Part shown: positions 11,690-24,650 of the stretch, piece after piece
Position numbering within the stretch: the stretch's first letter is position 1
Layout: each line of letters opens with the position of its first letter
Made by a program: the position numbers and the translations under genes
NCBI GenBank assembly: GCA_951406725.2
Contig: OX597818.1
Coordinates: 133,486,001 to 133,550,000 of the forward strand
Length of the DNA: 64,000 nt
Direction: 5' to 3'
Source: Octopus vulgaris
Lineage: Eukaryota
Notes under the pieces: model-generated
What the model saw: the letters and a program-made list of their open reading frames with translations, nothing else
Told to the model about the DNA's origin: nothing
Databases searched by the model: none

Positions 11690-12005
11690 AATACAACAAT
11701 CCTGTACCCCTCTCTCATACTTTAAACATTCATCTCCTAGCATAAACCTTCCGCCCATTTCCCTGTTGATCCACAGAGTTGAGGGAGATGTTAATTTTGC
11801 AAGTTGTAAGGTGACCTCACTCATGCTGGTGCAACAATAAGTTCCCAGTACATGCCGTAATGCAGTTGTTGTTAGGAAGGACATCCATCCATACAAAAAC
11901 CTTCCCAAATTAAAAATTGGAGCATGATGTAGCCCTCTGACTAGTGGTATCCTGTCAAGTCATACAACTCATGTGGCATAGAACATGGATTTGAAGTGAT
12001 GATGA
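11690..12005 (+). mobile_element. Old, diverged RTE 3' UTR
   Basis: GTTAGGAAGGACATCCATCCATACAAAAACC..GAAGTGATGATGAG resembles the RTE tail consensus. Confidence 0.6.
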
Positions 12006-12049
12006 GGTGTGGATGTGGAGGACATAGATATATGTGTGTGTTTATATAT

Positions 12050-13390
12050 AGTCAGCAATGAGTATAGCAAGGAATCTAGAGTACAGGTAGGAGTTCACCA
12101 AGGATTGGTTCTCAGCCCCCTCTTGTTTATCACAGTCTTCCATGCAATAACAAAGAAATTTAAAACTGGCTGCCCTTGGAAGCTCCTCTATGATGATAAC
12201 CTTGTTATTACTGCTGGATCACTACCAGAACTAGAGAAAAAATTTCAGGTGTGGAAGTAAAGTCTGGAATCAAAGTGTCTTAGAGTTAATTTAGCAAAGA
12301 CCAAAGTCCTAGTAAGTAGGAAAACAGACAAGCCATTGATCCTTCTATGCAATGGCCCTGCTTCATATATTGAAAAGGTGTTGGTAGAAACTCCATATGG
12401 TGTATCCAATTCAAGTTTTGGACACATAAAAGCAGCAGTATCACAGAAAGGTTAAAGAGAAAATAAAATTTGTGTGTGGAAGATATGCAGGTACAATAAA
12501 CATGAGGAATGTGCAGAAAATAAATTCCCTCAAATGTCCTTTAAAGTAGTAGTTTTCGTTACTTAGGCAACCAACACAGCAGTGGAGGAGGAAGCTCTGA
12601 AAGTGTAGTTGCTAGAATAAGAACAGGCTGGGCAAAGTTCAGAGAGCTGCTACCTTTGGGGGTAAGAAAGGGCTTCTACTTCAGAGGGAAAAGCAGATTG
12701 TATGATGCTTGAGTACAAATAACTAAGCTACATAGCAGTGGGTTATGGGCTGTGACTACAGAGGACATGCAAAAGGCTTGAATGAAATGAAGCAGGCATG
12801 TTCCACTGGATAGATAATGTTACTGTGCATATTTGACAGAGAGTAAATGATTTAAGAGAAAAATGGGTATAAGAGGTATCAGATGTAGGATGCAAGAGAG
12901 AAGAATGTGCTGGTATGGTCATGTGATGCATATGGATAAGAACAGCTGCATAAGGAAGTACTAATATCTAATTGTGGATTGAACCTGTGGAATGGGTGGA
13001 GCCAGGAAGACCCAGGAGGTGATGAGAAATGATCTGCAGATGCTAGGCCTCACAGAGAAGATAACAAATGACCAAGACTTCTGGCACTTTTCTGTGTTTG
13101 AGAAGACACATCAGGCTAAGTAAAATCATGACCATCTTTACATACAGACATGCCCCTCCTATCAGCTGAGAGGTCCTTGTCTTGCAGGCTCTTGCATGCT
13201 GGTGCGACATAAATGTACCCATACATACACTCTGTAAAGTGGTTGGTGTTAGAAAGGACATCCAGCCATAGAAACCATGCCAAAACAGATAATTGGTGTC
13301 TGAACAGCTGTCTGGCTTACCAGCTCCTGTCAAAGTATCCAACCCATGCCAACTTGGAAAATGGACATTAAATGATGATGATGAGGATAT
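12050..13390 (+). mobile_element. RTE-clade LINE, RT C-terminal half plus 3' UTR (decayed)
   Basis: VQVGVHQGLVLSPLLFI..GCPWKLLYDDNLVI..LRVNLAKTKVLV, with stops and frameshifts. Ends GGACATTAAATGATGATGATGAG. Confidence 0.9.
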
Positions 13391-13522
13391 ATATTTTTAA
13401 ATGAAACTATAGATATTCTATAAAATTCAGAGCCAGCACTATGAGTTACAATGTTTTGTATTCAAATACATCTATGTAAACATACATATATGTGTGTCTG
13501 TGTGTTTACACAGACATATTAT

Positions 13523-13569
<47 letters not shown>
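13523..13569. repeat. (GATA)n microsatellite
   Basis: Direct reading. Confidence 0.95.
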
Positions 13570-13570
<1 letters not shown>

Positions 13571-13584
13571 ATATAAGGAGTAAA

Positions 13585-13908
13585 GACCTCACTCCAGTCA
13601 CGAATGACTATGGGATTGCACCTAGAATGTTACCCTCCAAGGCACAAGTTCGGGCAAGGTTGTTTATGGAAGAGCAGCAGTCGCCCATGCATACCAGCCT
13701 CTCCTTTCCATACCACCAATGTTATCCAAAGGAAAGGCAAAGTTCGATGCAGATTGGCACCAGTGACGTCGTAACTCATTATAACAGCTGAGTGAACTGG
13801 AGCAATGTGAAATAAAGTGTCTTGCTCAAGAACACAACGCACAGCCTGATCCAGGATTTGAACTCATTACTTCATGATTGTGAGCCCAATGCTTTAACCA
13901 CTGAGCCA
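13585..13908 (-). mobile_element. SINE family D
   Basis: Reverse-complement similarity to 3605-3937 (GTGTCTTGCTCAAGAACACAAC..TAACCACTGAGCCA). Confidence 0.8.
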
Positions 13909-14467
13909 TATATATAGATACATGTTTATAACTGCATATCTATTTATATGTATATATTTATTGACAAGCCACATGTATAACAACAAAAATGTAGACTTTA
14001 ATACTGCAGGAAATAGAGAGGTGGATTTATAAAATCACACTCATATGGAACACTTACTTTCAGAACTTTGAGCTTTCAGGCAGCAATTCGATACTTGTTG
14101 CACTTAATCAGCTTTTGCAAGTTCCAATGTATGTATAATGCATGCTTAATATGGGAGCAAACACTGCTGGTGAAAGACAAAGGCTGTCACCAAATTTTTT
14201 GATCAGTCAATGGGAACAACTCTTTGAAACTTGATTATAAGATTTTAGCAAAGAGTACATTTTATGCATTTGGTTAAGATTAAAATAAAAAGAAATAAAA
14301 TATATTAAATAGAGTAAGTTAAAAATCAAAAGATTGAAGAAAACATAAAATTAAAAATTAAAAAATAAATAAATTATAAAATTACAATAAAGACTTTAAA
14401 TTTCTAAAATTAAGAATTAAGGGTTACAAGTATTGAATCCCCGCTCAGAAACTTGGAATGTATGTAT

Positions 14468-14527
14468 ATAGATAGATAGATAGATAGATAGATAGATTGG
14501 TAGATAGATAGATAGATAGACAGATAA

Positions 14528-14624
<97 letters not shown>
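14468..14624. repeat. (GATA)n microsatellite
   Basis: Direct reading. Confidence 0.95.
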
Positions 14625-17061
14625 CATGTATGTATTTACATACATATACTTACATAGTTGCAAATATATATATGCCCACACACATACATACACAGACATA
14701 CATAATCATACTCACACAGAGCACATATACACTAAGATACATAAAATCAGACTAATAAATGAATATATTACACATGCAACCAGAATAATATAAGCCTTAT
14801 TAAACATAAAGACAAACTACAGAAACATATTAATAAAATAATCACTTTAGCAGCTGCATAAAACTGATATTGGCAAGTATATAATTAATAACAGAGAGGG
14901 AGAGTTGAACTAAAACAGCTAATATTGTAACACAACACGCTAAATATAGGAAATTGAAACTTATAATTGAATTCCAGCTTGGTTGTTAAACTACTCTTTA
15001 TATTTTATATCATTTTTCGTTTGGAAAAATATGAAATTAAATTACAGATAAAATTATAATTTCAAGCCAAATTGACATTCTTCAATTTATTTTCTATTTT
15101 TGATATATCATTATGTTAAACTATCCAGCAAAATTATTTATACTACAATATGTGCTGTTTTCTTCCTTCATCTATCAACTAAATATTAGAAACAAAAGGT
15201 TCCTCCAGCATTTTATCTACAATTCTTCCACTTAAACACTTTCAACTTCAAGTGAGATAATGAATCATAATGTAGAATAACTAATGAAAATCTTTACTTC
15301 CAGTGATGTACCTTTAAAAACTAATGGAATTCTTTTATAAAAACACCAATTTCCTTTTTTTACATACATCAGTTGCATTTTAGCATTTTATTTTGGAAAA
15401 AATGTACTGTGTAAAAATGTAAAGTGCTGATACTTTAAAAGCTGAGTTTCTGATGCATTTATGATGGAACCTTCAAAAGAAATTAAACTCTATATACTCA
15501 GAAATTTTAGCATTACACTCTCTGGTTTCAAAGTTTCATTCAAATAAAATATTCAGTTAGAAAGAAATGTAAAACAAAGCAAAAAGAGGGGAAAAAACAA
15601 AAAGAAGAGAAAATTGTAAATTTTGTTTCACTCTGTTAAAATTGTATTTTTTCTTTCCCTGCTTATTTCTGTCACCGTATTAAACTTATCACTATTTTGA
15701 ATATGCATGGCAAGTTTAGATTATTTACTCAACCAGTTGTAACAATACTTTTCAATTTGTCACAGTTCTATATTTGCTAATAGCAAAACTCCAGCACGGC
15801 TAGAGTTTAAATAACTAGAACCAGTAAAAGAGTAATTCAAATTTGCACACTAAAAATGTCAAAGGAAATATATTGCTACAAGAAAAATTACCATTAAGTT
15901 TAATCAAATCACTTGCAGACCATACATTATCAGTTAAACCTTCAACATAATAATTATTCACAATACTTTTAGCATTAATTTTAGCCTTAACAATTGACTT
16001 AGCTTCATTCATATAAACTTGTACATTAGGTACTTATGTAAATTTCAATCTTGAATAATTTCAAGTAGCAACTTAGAAAAACCAGCTTTTCATATTTAAT
16101 GAAGAAAACTCTACACAGCATTTTACTTAAAGGTATTTTATTACTTGCATTTTTAATTCAGTTTACCTATTTATATTTCTAATTTATCCATTATATTTTC
16201 TAATCACTTATTGTCATTTTTGAAAACTAGCTCTTCACTTAGTTGTAATATTAATCTTTGTGCATAATTCTACAAAAGAATTTTGAGGACGATAGGCAAA
16301 ATACTTCAGGGACGAAAAATAGGGGATTATAAACCCCTCTTTGTCACCATTTTAATCTTATCAGATTAAAACAGTGACAAAGAAAACCATTTAGGTTTGT
16401 ATACAAAGCAATTTTATGCCACTTACCATATAATATTCACAAAGATTTTGCCTCAACTACTAAACCAATAAGATGTCACTGAAACATAAAACTATAAATG
16501 TATATGCATACATACATACTCATACACTACAACTATTATTTCACTCCTGATATTACATCTTTTAAATTTAGAAGCACTTCTTTTACAATGCAAACTAACA
16601 TTATTTTATAAAGTTTGGCATAAAATGCTACATTATTTTACATGTCAAGCTCAGAATCCCTAGGTGACAGACACATCTTGTGAGCAATGAATATAATTAT
16701 TAAGCAACAGCCAACTTATCTTCATTTACTTAACAATTCACAGCATGTACACCTGCTGTAACTTATTCCCAGCATGTCAGTCTCCTAACCAAATGGATGA
16801 AAACTATTGAGTATATTTAATATTTAATTATTCGGTGTATTTAATATTACAGGTGCAAAACTGCATATGAATTTACACACACATATATATAAATGTATGT
16901 GTATTTTTTCAATGTGTACAAATAACACGGAAAAAAAATAAATAGTTACTAAGGTAGCAAAAATTCACATAAGTGCCAAGGATGTTACAACCTACTTATA
17001 AATGTAGAAACTCCAGGTTTAGTGAAATGTTTTTGTATGACATAGATAAATTAAGAAATGG

Positions 17062-17216
17062 AGTTAAATGCAGGTATTATTCAAATCTTTATACTTCCAA
17101 CATATGTTTCAAAGTTAAATGCAGGTGTTATTCAAATCTTTATACTTCCAACATATGTTTCAAAGTTAAATGCAGGTGTTATTCAAATCTTTATACTTCC
17201 AACATATGTTTCAAAG
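17062..17216. repeat. Tandem repeat, 51 bp x 3
   Basis: AGTTAAATGCAGGT(A/G)TTATTCAAATCTTTATACTTCCAACATATGTTTCAA at 17062, 17113 and 17164. Confidence 0.95.
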
Positions 17217-17282
17217 AAAACATTGATATCCTTCCGTAGGGAATAAAATGATGTAAAACAATGCAATCATCTCATCAGGGAA
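17197..17282 (-). ncRNA. Decayed type I minimal hammerhead ribozyme
   Basis: TTCC-CTGATGA-G..(weak stem II)..T-GAAA-CATATG-TT-GGAA. Confidence 0.6.
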
Positions 17283-17286
17283 AAAA

Positions 17287-17734
17287 AGAGAAACAAAACT
17301 CATCATTTAACCATTACCACATATATGATGAAGGGGAATGGTAGCAAGTTATTTTTTTAAATAACTGTAAAAGACTTAACGTCAAAGGCAAATTAGAGAA
17401 TGAAAAAAGAGAAAGAAAGAAATTAACTAAAAATTAAGAGTGGAAAATATAGTGATAGATGGATGGGAATAAAGCTTAAAAACGTGGAAATAGATATATG
17501 TATTTCCACGCTTTTAAGCTTTATTCCAATCCATCTATCGCACTATATTTCTCCACGTTTAATTTTCAGTAAATTTCTTTCTTTCTCCTCCTTTTGTTTT
17601 TCTAAATTGCCTTTGCCTTTGACGTTAAATCTATTAATAGTTTTTTTTTAAAATAACTTGCCAGCATTTTCCTTCACCATATACACGGTAATCACATTCG
17701 GTTAAAATGGCTTATTGATGTGTTTTGTTTCCCT
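17287..17734. repeat. Imperfect palindrome of about 450 bp
   Basis: CGTGGAAATA-gatatatg-TATTTCCACG at the centre, with complementarity extending more than 200 bp on each side. Confidence 0.9.
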
Positions 17735-17949
17735 TTCAAAGAGTATTTGACATTATTTCAAAGAGTATCTGACATAATTTTTCCTCTTCAAAACTACTGC
17801 TGTGTGGATAAAATCCTTTGGGTAGGAGGTGACACCCTCCATCCTGCACATGCATGAACATTTCACCACTAGTAGGCCACATTAGTTTCCAGCTGTTACA
17901 CCTAAAGCATAGACATATAGTGCACACTCATCGGATTTTAATTTTCATG

Positions 17950-18300
17950 TGAGATGACTGAACACATAGTGCAGAGATCATAATCCCATGTCTCATCAGC
18001 AGTGATGAGGGTCTTCATGAAGTCTGGGTCATGGTTCGCACATTTTAGCACATCCTCAGCAATTACCATCCATGCAGATTTGCTTCCATTGCTCCACCAT
18101 CACCTTGGGGAAGGATTTTTCCAACACTCTCCTCATGTACCAATACTCCATTAAAATGAAATCCACTGATCTTGTGCTTATTCACACTGGAATTATACAA
18201 TGGATCCACTAACTCTAGGCTTTGTACAGAGCAGCATTATATGTTTTATCTCTAAATCCACACCCTTTTGGCTTGAATTCACCATTCAGCTTCCTTACTT
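17950..18300 (-). mobile_element. Mariner transposase fragment
   Basis: Minus-strand MVIAEDVLKCANHDPDFMKTLITADETWDYD (ITGDETW motif). Confidence 0.7.
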
Positions 18301-18685
18301 GCACTTGCCCGATCTATCATTAAAATATAAAGTGTAGAAATATTTGTATGAAATACATACGACAGGCATTCTCAAACATTTGTGCACACAATTGTATGCA
18401 CATGCAGACAACATATAGATGACTGCACACACTGAATTTAGCTGTTAGCAGTTCTAGCTATCAGGCAGCAATATACAAACACAGAGATAGTCTCACAATA
18501 CAATATGACAAACAGACACATTTCTGCATCCTCACACATACATATGCACACACACACACACACATGCACATGTGCATGTATCAGACCAATACAAACATGC
18601 ATGGAGTCACAATGCATGCTGTACACAAAGAACCATGCATGCAAATGTTAATTCTCCATATCACTCATGCAAACACATTTACATA

Positions 18686-19138
18686 CTTATTTCTATTTCT
18701 TTACTACCCACAAGGGGCTAAACATAGAGGGGACAAACATAGGTATTAAGTCGATTACATCGACCCCAGTGCGTAACTGGTACTTAATTTATCGACCCCG
18801 AAAGGATGAAAGGCAAAGTCAACCTCGGCGGAATTTGAACTCACAACATAACAGCAGACGAAATACCTATTTCTTTATTACCCACAAGGGGCTAAACACA
18901 GAGGGGACAAACAACGACAGACATAGGTATTAAGTCGATTACATCGACCCCAGTGCGTAACTGGTACTTAATTTATCGACCCCGAAAGGATGAAAGGCAA
19001 AGTCGACCTCGGCGGAATTTGAACTCACAACGTAATGCAGACGAAATACCGCTAAGCATTTCGCCCGGCGTGCTAACGTTTCTGCCAACCGCTAAGCATT
19101 TCACCCGACGTGCTAACGTTTCTGCCAGCTCGCCGCCT
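18686..19138 (-). mobile_element. SINE family C, with a duplicated 3' portion (18686-18865 and 18866-19138)
   Basis: Reverse complement of GGCGGCGAGCTGGCAGAAACGTTAGCAC..GAGTTCAAATTCCGCCGAGG..GTAAAGAAATAG. Confidence 0.85.
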
Positions 19139-19559
19139 TTACATACATTTACATACCAACATGCACACAGAGACACACTGAGACCCATGTAGATTATTCT
19201 TTACTTCCAATCAGTGGCTAAACATAGAGACCAACACCATGTGGCTTCAGTCACTAGAATTGTTTGTTTTTTCCCCTTTCCTTCCTCTTCTAGCTTTTCT
19301 TTAGGTTTTCCTTTCTCTTTTTCAAGTATCTACAGAAGGAAAATATCTGAAGTGCTATAGCCATTAACCCTTTCTCTTGCCTCAGGATCAAGCTAAAGCT
19401 ATCGATTGTAAACTTACCCTCTCTTTTTGTTTTTATAAAACACACACACTTGTCCATCCCAGTTTAGTGATGTTCACTCAAAATTTTCCTTCTAGCCAAC
19501 ACATCTGCTTCTGGGGTATGTTCCTCTTATTAAGAATTTGGACTTTAAAAATTTGAACT

Positions 19560-20146
19560 GTTTGAACAGTCGTGGTTGTCACTGCAGAGCCTGCACAGAC
19601 AGAGGAATTGGGAGTAGGGGACGGAAAGCTTAGTATGGGTAGAGTGGGAGGAGGAGAAATTAAGGTAGGAGTGTGAGTCAGTGTGTTTGTAGTGGATGGA
19701 GGTAATGAGAGTGGAGTGATGTATGCTGACAAAAATGTCGAGAAATGTAACGGAAGTGAAGGAAATAGTGCAGGAAAATTTGAGGGCAGGATGGAATGAT
19801 TGGACAAAAGAGAGGAAGGAGTCTAGTTGTTGGAGGGAAAGTGAGGTCACAGAGATGCAGTCATCAATATAACGACCGTATAGTTCAGGAGTGGGACCAG
19901 TGAATCGTGAGAATATTTGGGCCAATGAACAGGTTCGCATACTTGGGGGCTCATTCTCATTCCCATGGACATCCACGAACAAGAAATAGTTGGGGGAGAG
20001 AACAAGTTCGACCAGATGAAGAAGTGTGAAGGTGTCAGGTTGGGGGTGGTTGGGTCGTAGGTCCAGAATGTGTTTATGTGCAAAAAGTCCTCCGTTGTTT
20101 GGGATCACCATAGATAAACTCTTGATATCAAGAGTCAAGAGAAGTT
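19560..20146 (-). mobile_element. Penelope-like element reverse transcriptase fragment (pseudogene)
   Basis: ORF 19545-20222 contains LLTLDIKSL..IP..GL, LVELVL.PNYFLF, RYIDDC, FHPALKFS, VTFLDI and YKHTDSHSYLNFSSSH..HTKLSVPYSQFL.L.RLCSD, which are PLE RT and thumb motifs. Confidence 0.9.
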
Positions 20147-20153
20147 TAGTGTA

Positions 20154-20197
<44 letters not shown>

Positions 20198-20294
20198 ACA
20201 TATATATATATCTCATCATCATCTCATCTCATCTCATATATATATATATATATATCTCATCATCATCTCATCTCATCAACATATATATATATCT

Positions 20295-20589
<295 letters not shown>

Positions 20590-20780
20590 AGTAGTTGAAT
20601 GAATTATCTTATTATGGATAATTCGGTTAACCGATACCTGGGTAGCAAAATCACGTCAGAAAAACACAGTTGAAGCTACATCCGAAGGGCAGAGATCACG
20701 TGCTTTCATGTGGAAATTTGTGTGTTTTTTTTTAAATACAAATAAATGAAAGAATGGAGTTGAACGACGAATTAACAAAA

Positions 20781-20879
20781 TTCCTTTATTTTCGACATAT
20801 GTTTCGAAGACTGCATATTCCTAATTTCGAAGGAATAAGGGGTGCATTATGCTGCCTTCTCATCAGGAAAAACAAGGAA
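20781..20879 (-). ncRNA. Type I minimal hammerhead ribozyme (Penelope-type) within a pLTR-like segment (about 20590-20960)
   Basis: Stem I TTCCTTGTTTTTC / GAAAATAAAGGAA; core CTGATGA; stem II GAAGGCAGCATA / TATGCAGTCTTC; GAAA; palindromic stem III CATATG; GUC cleavage triplet. Confidence 0.85.
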
Positions 20880-20999
20880 CTTATGTCAGCATCAAGATGC
20901 ACAAAAGTTTTTAGATGTCTGCCCACACGGAGCCCATAGCGATAATGAGTCATTTATTTATATATATTCTTTCATTTATTTATATATATTCTTTCATTT

Positions 21000-21580
21000 C
21001 ATCATCATCATCATCATCATTTAACGTCCGTTCTCCATGCTAGCATGGGTTGGACGGTTCGACCGGGGATCTGGAAAGCCAGAAGGCTGCACCAGGCTCC
21101 AGTCTAATCTGGCAATGTTTCTACAGCTGGATGCCCTTCCTAACGCCAACCACTCCGTGAGTGTAGTGGGTGCTTTTTACGTGCCACCTGCACAGGTGCC
21201 AGGCGAGGCTGGCAACGGCCACGGTCGGATTGGTGTATTTTATGTGCCACCTGCACGGAAGCCAAACGAGGGGGTGCTGGCATCGGCCACGAGTCGGATA
21301 GTGCTTTTTACGTACCACCAGATCAGGGATCCTGGCTGGTTCAATTCGATTTCGATTTCGCTTGCCCCAACATGTCTTCGCAAGCAATGGGGTTGGCATG
21401 GGTGCCTGTCGTACGGTCAGATTGGTGTATTTTACGTGCCACCGGCACGGAAGCCAGTGGAGGCGGCGCTGGCATCGGCCACGAGTCGGATAGTGCTTTT
21501 TACGTACCACCAGACCAGGGATCCTGGCTGGTTCAATTCGATTTCGATTTCGTTTTCGCTTGCCCCAACATGTCTTCAAC
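21000..21580 (-). mobile_element. RTE 3' UTR with internal repeats and a duplication
   Basis: (CAT)n tail and RTE UTR consensus. 21229-21380 is repeated at about 21420-21578. Confidence 0.85.
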
Positions 21581-22120
21581 ACACATCAAAACTGGAGAAT
21601 TAGCAATGAACTAATTTATTTATATCATTCTATCATATGTTTCAGTAAAGTTTATATGATTTGAACCTCAATACCAATATCTGTTAGAATGACAAATGTA
21701 ATTATTCAGAACTCTCTAATTTCATTTTTTCTTCGTATACAGGAAAGTCTGACTAAATAACATGGATTCTCTTAACAGCTTTGTTTTTTTAATGTATGAA
21801 GAAACATATGCAGTTCTAAATATCAGTAATATGTTGTACAACTCTGACTCTTGATATGCAAAAGTATATATGTGTGAATTGTTACATATTTTATTGAATA
21901 TGTTTAACAAATCTGGCATATGACCATATAGTTAGAGTGTTGATCTTCATCATAAGATCCTAGGTTTAGCCCTGGACCATTTGGTGCACTGTATTCTTCA
22001 GCAAAGCATTTCATTCTACCCAATTGTCTCATCATCTGAGTTGTTGGTGCGGTCCTTTCTTACTAGCAGTCACATCCCTGATTCACAGTGGCAACCATCG
22101 ATAATACACATCTGTGTAAA

Positions 22121-22196
<76 letters not shown>

Positions 22197-22591
22197 GGCG
22201 TAGGAGTGGCTGTGTGGTAAGTAGCTTGCTTACGAACCACATGGTTCCGGGTTCAGTCCCATTGCATGGCACCTTGGGCAAGTGTCTTCTACTATAGCCT
22301 CGGGCCAACCAAAGCCTTGTGAGTGGATTTGGTAGACGGAAACTGAAAGAAGCCCGTCGTATATATGTATATATATATATATGTATGTGTATGTGTATAT
22401 GTTTGTGTGTCTGTGTTTGTCCCCCCAACATCGCTTAACAACCAATGCTGGTGTGTTTATGTTCCCGTAACTTAGTGGTTCGGTAAAAAAGACCAATAGA
22501 ATAAGTATTAGGCTTACAAAGAATAACTCCTGCTCGACTAAAAAGGTGGTGCTCCTGCATGGCCACAGTCAAATGACTGAAACAAGTAAAA

Positions 22592-22594
<3 letters not shown>
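22197..22594 (+). mobile_element. SINE family A (a further head fragment lies at 22643-22705)
   Basis: Full-length match to family A. Confidence 0.9.
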
Positions 22595-22645
<51 letters not shown>

Positions 22646-24417
22646 TATGAAGTTTGCTTCCCAACCACATGGTTCCATGTTCAGTCCCACTGCATGGCAC
22701 CTCAGACATATCTTCTAATATATAAGTTTATTCACAATTAGATGGTTTGAAATGAGGGCCTAGTAACTTAGATAATATTCTCTGTATATGATAATTTGTC
22801 TCCTATGTAAAAATTACCAGCAAAGCTAAATCATTCGCATCATTTATGTTAATTATACTGCTTTCCAATTCTCTACCAATTATGATAGTAATATTACAGT
22901 CTTCCTTACAGTACAAATTATGATAATGATTCTATAGTTTTCATTTTAATCACTTTTGATGCAAATTAAAATGAAACAGAAGACTAAAAGGGTTAAATTA
23001 AACTAGGAGTTCGATTTTCAAATATTTAAGAGATATAAGTCTTAAATTTACAGTTTACTGCCTTACAACACAGTAGATGTAGCAATAGTGGGGGAAATGT
23101 CTAGCATTATTTTATTAATATCAGTTGCCGTGACAATTGATTATTCATCTAAAAAAAAAAGATTAAAAAAAAAATTTATGTAAAGAAATAAATAATATGT
23201 TCTGCTTTAATTATTTGACACTTTAAAGCAATTGGTATCACCGACTTGAAATACGGTTAGCTGTGTTTGCAACAAACATTCACAACAATCAATGTACCGA
23301 CTTCATTACTGGAAAGTTGTGCTCAGAACCATGAAGCTGGCCTGGTTTTGAACATAACTTTTGATAATGAAAACCAGAATAATTAACATTTACTTTAATG
23401 AGAGATCGATTTCATATCAGGCTAGAATCAACATTATGTTCCTCAATCTCATTTGGTTTGGGGACAATGTAAAATATGAATATTGTGTAATTATGGTCAT
23501 AGATTACAAGAAATAAACAGATACTCATTCAATATTTCTTTTATAACAAATTTATCTTTGTTTATGCTGTAAACTTCATGTTGTAGACTTTATTTAACTA
23601 CTCACAGCACCGAAAATAATATCTGCAGAGTAATATAAATGGGAGCTTTTTAAAATATCGGCAAAGGAAGTTAAAATAAATCATACTAACAAGAACAAAC
23701 ATTACTGGTTTAATTACTCTTGATCTTTTATTATCCAAAACAAAAATCTTTTATTTCATTTATGTAAAGAAACAATATTGAGGCTCTGCAAACTTTCTCC
23801 TTTTCACTAAAATTCCAATCAAATTTTATCCATTGTTTAAATTTTAAAGCTTTTAAAATGCAAATATTTGTCTTTTGACTGGTTGCCGTGAACCAGTAAC
23901 TTTTTGGCACTTTCCTTGCCAGGATTTCAATATCTAAAGCTATAGAATAATTAGAATTGGATTAAAAGATGTGATTATTAAGAAAATAAACCAATCAGGA
24001 TTCTGGCACATTGATTTGACATAGTAGTCGAAGAATGGGGAAGAACATTCTAATAAGATGTTGTGGGGAAAGGTAGTTCTTTTTGTACATCTTTATTTCA
24101 TCTTAAGTTTAATGATAGGATTAGACTGTGCATAGAAAGGAATCTTAGCAAAATTTAACAGCAATCTAGGATTCCACAGGAGTTTCAAATAATCCTAGTC
24201 AGAGTAATAATACTCTGGGAGAACTGAATACAATAGATTGACCCAGTGGTTGTAAAGAGACAGACAAGAATCTGTCAAAATTAAAGTACAAGCAGCCACA
24301 GCTGGCCAAGGCAATAAGGTGTTGGATGAGTAGACAAAAGATTCTTAGAATGCACTTTGTCACCAGTGGTATACTTTGCCAGGCACATGGTTTCCTCTAG
24401 TGGCTCAAATGATTTAG

Positions 24418-24650
24418 CTCTTTTACTCTATTACTTGTTTCAGTCATTTGACTGTGGCCATGCTGGAGCACCGCCATTAGTCGAGCAAATCGGCCCCAGG
24501 ACTTATTCTTTGTAAGCCTAGTACTTATTCTATCGGTCTCTTTTGCCAAACTGCTAAGCTACGAGGATGTAAACACACCACCATTGGTTGTCAAGCGATG
24601 CTGGGGGGACAAACACAGACACACAAACATATACATACACACACACACAT
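24418..24650 (-). mobile_element. SINE family A 3' half running into (TACA)n
   Basis: Match to the family A tail region. Confidence 0.85.

Larger units (their letters stand above)
16900..17285 (-). mobile_element. Penelope-like terminal repeat containing a decayed hammerhead and a 3 x 51-bp tandem repeat
   Basis: Minus strand shares CCTGATGAGA..GAAACATATGT..AACTCCATT..TTTTGCTACC with 20590-20880. Confidence 0.6.

Noticed and set aside
15815-16012. 65-aa ORF in repeat-poor DNA as a host gene
   Set aside because: No recognisable domain or convincing splice sites, and the length is expected by chance.
17975-18005. Minus-strand CTGATGAG as a hammerhead core
   Set aside because: It encodes A-D-E of the mariner ITADETW motif, and no GAAA or stem III follows.
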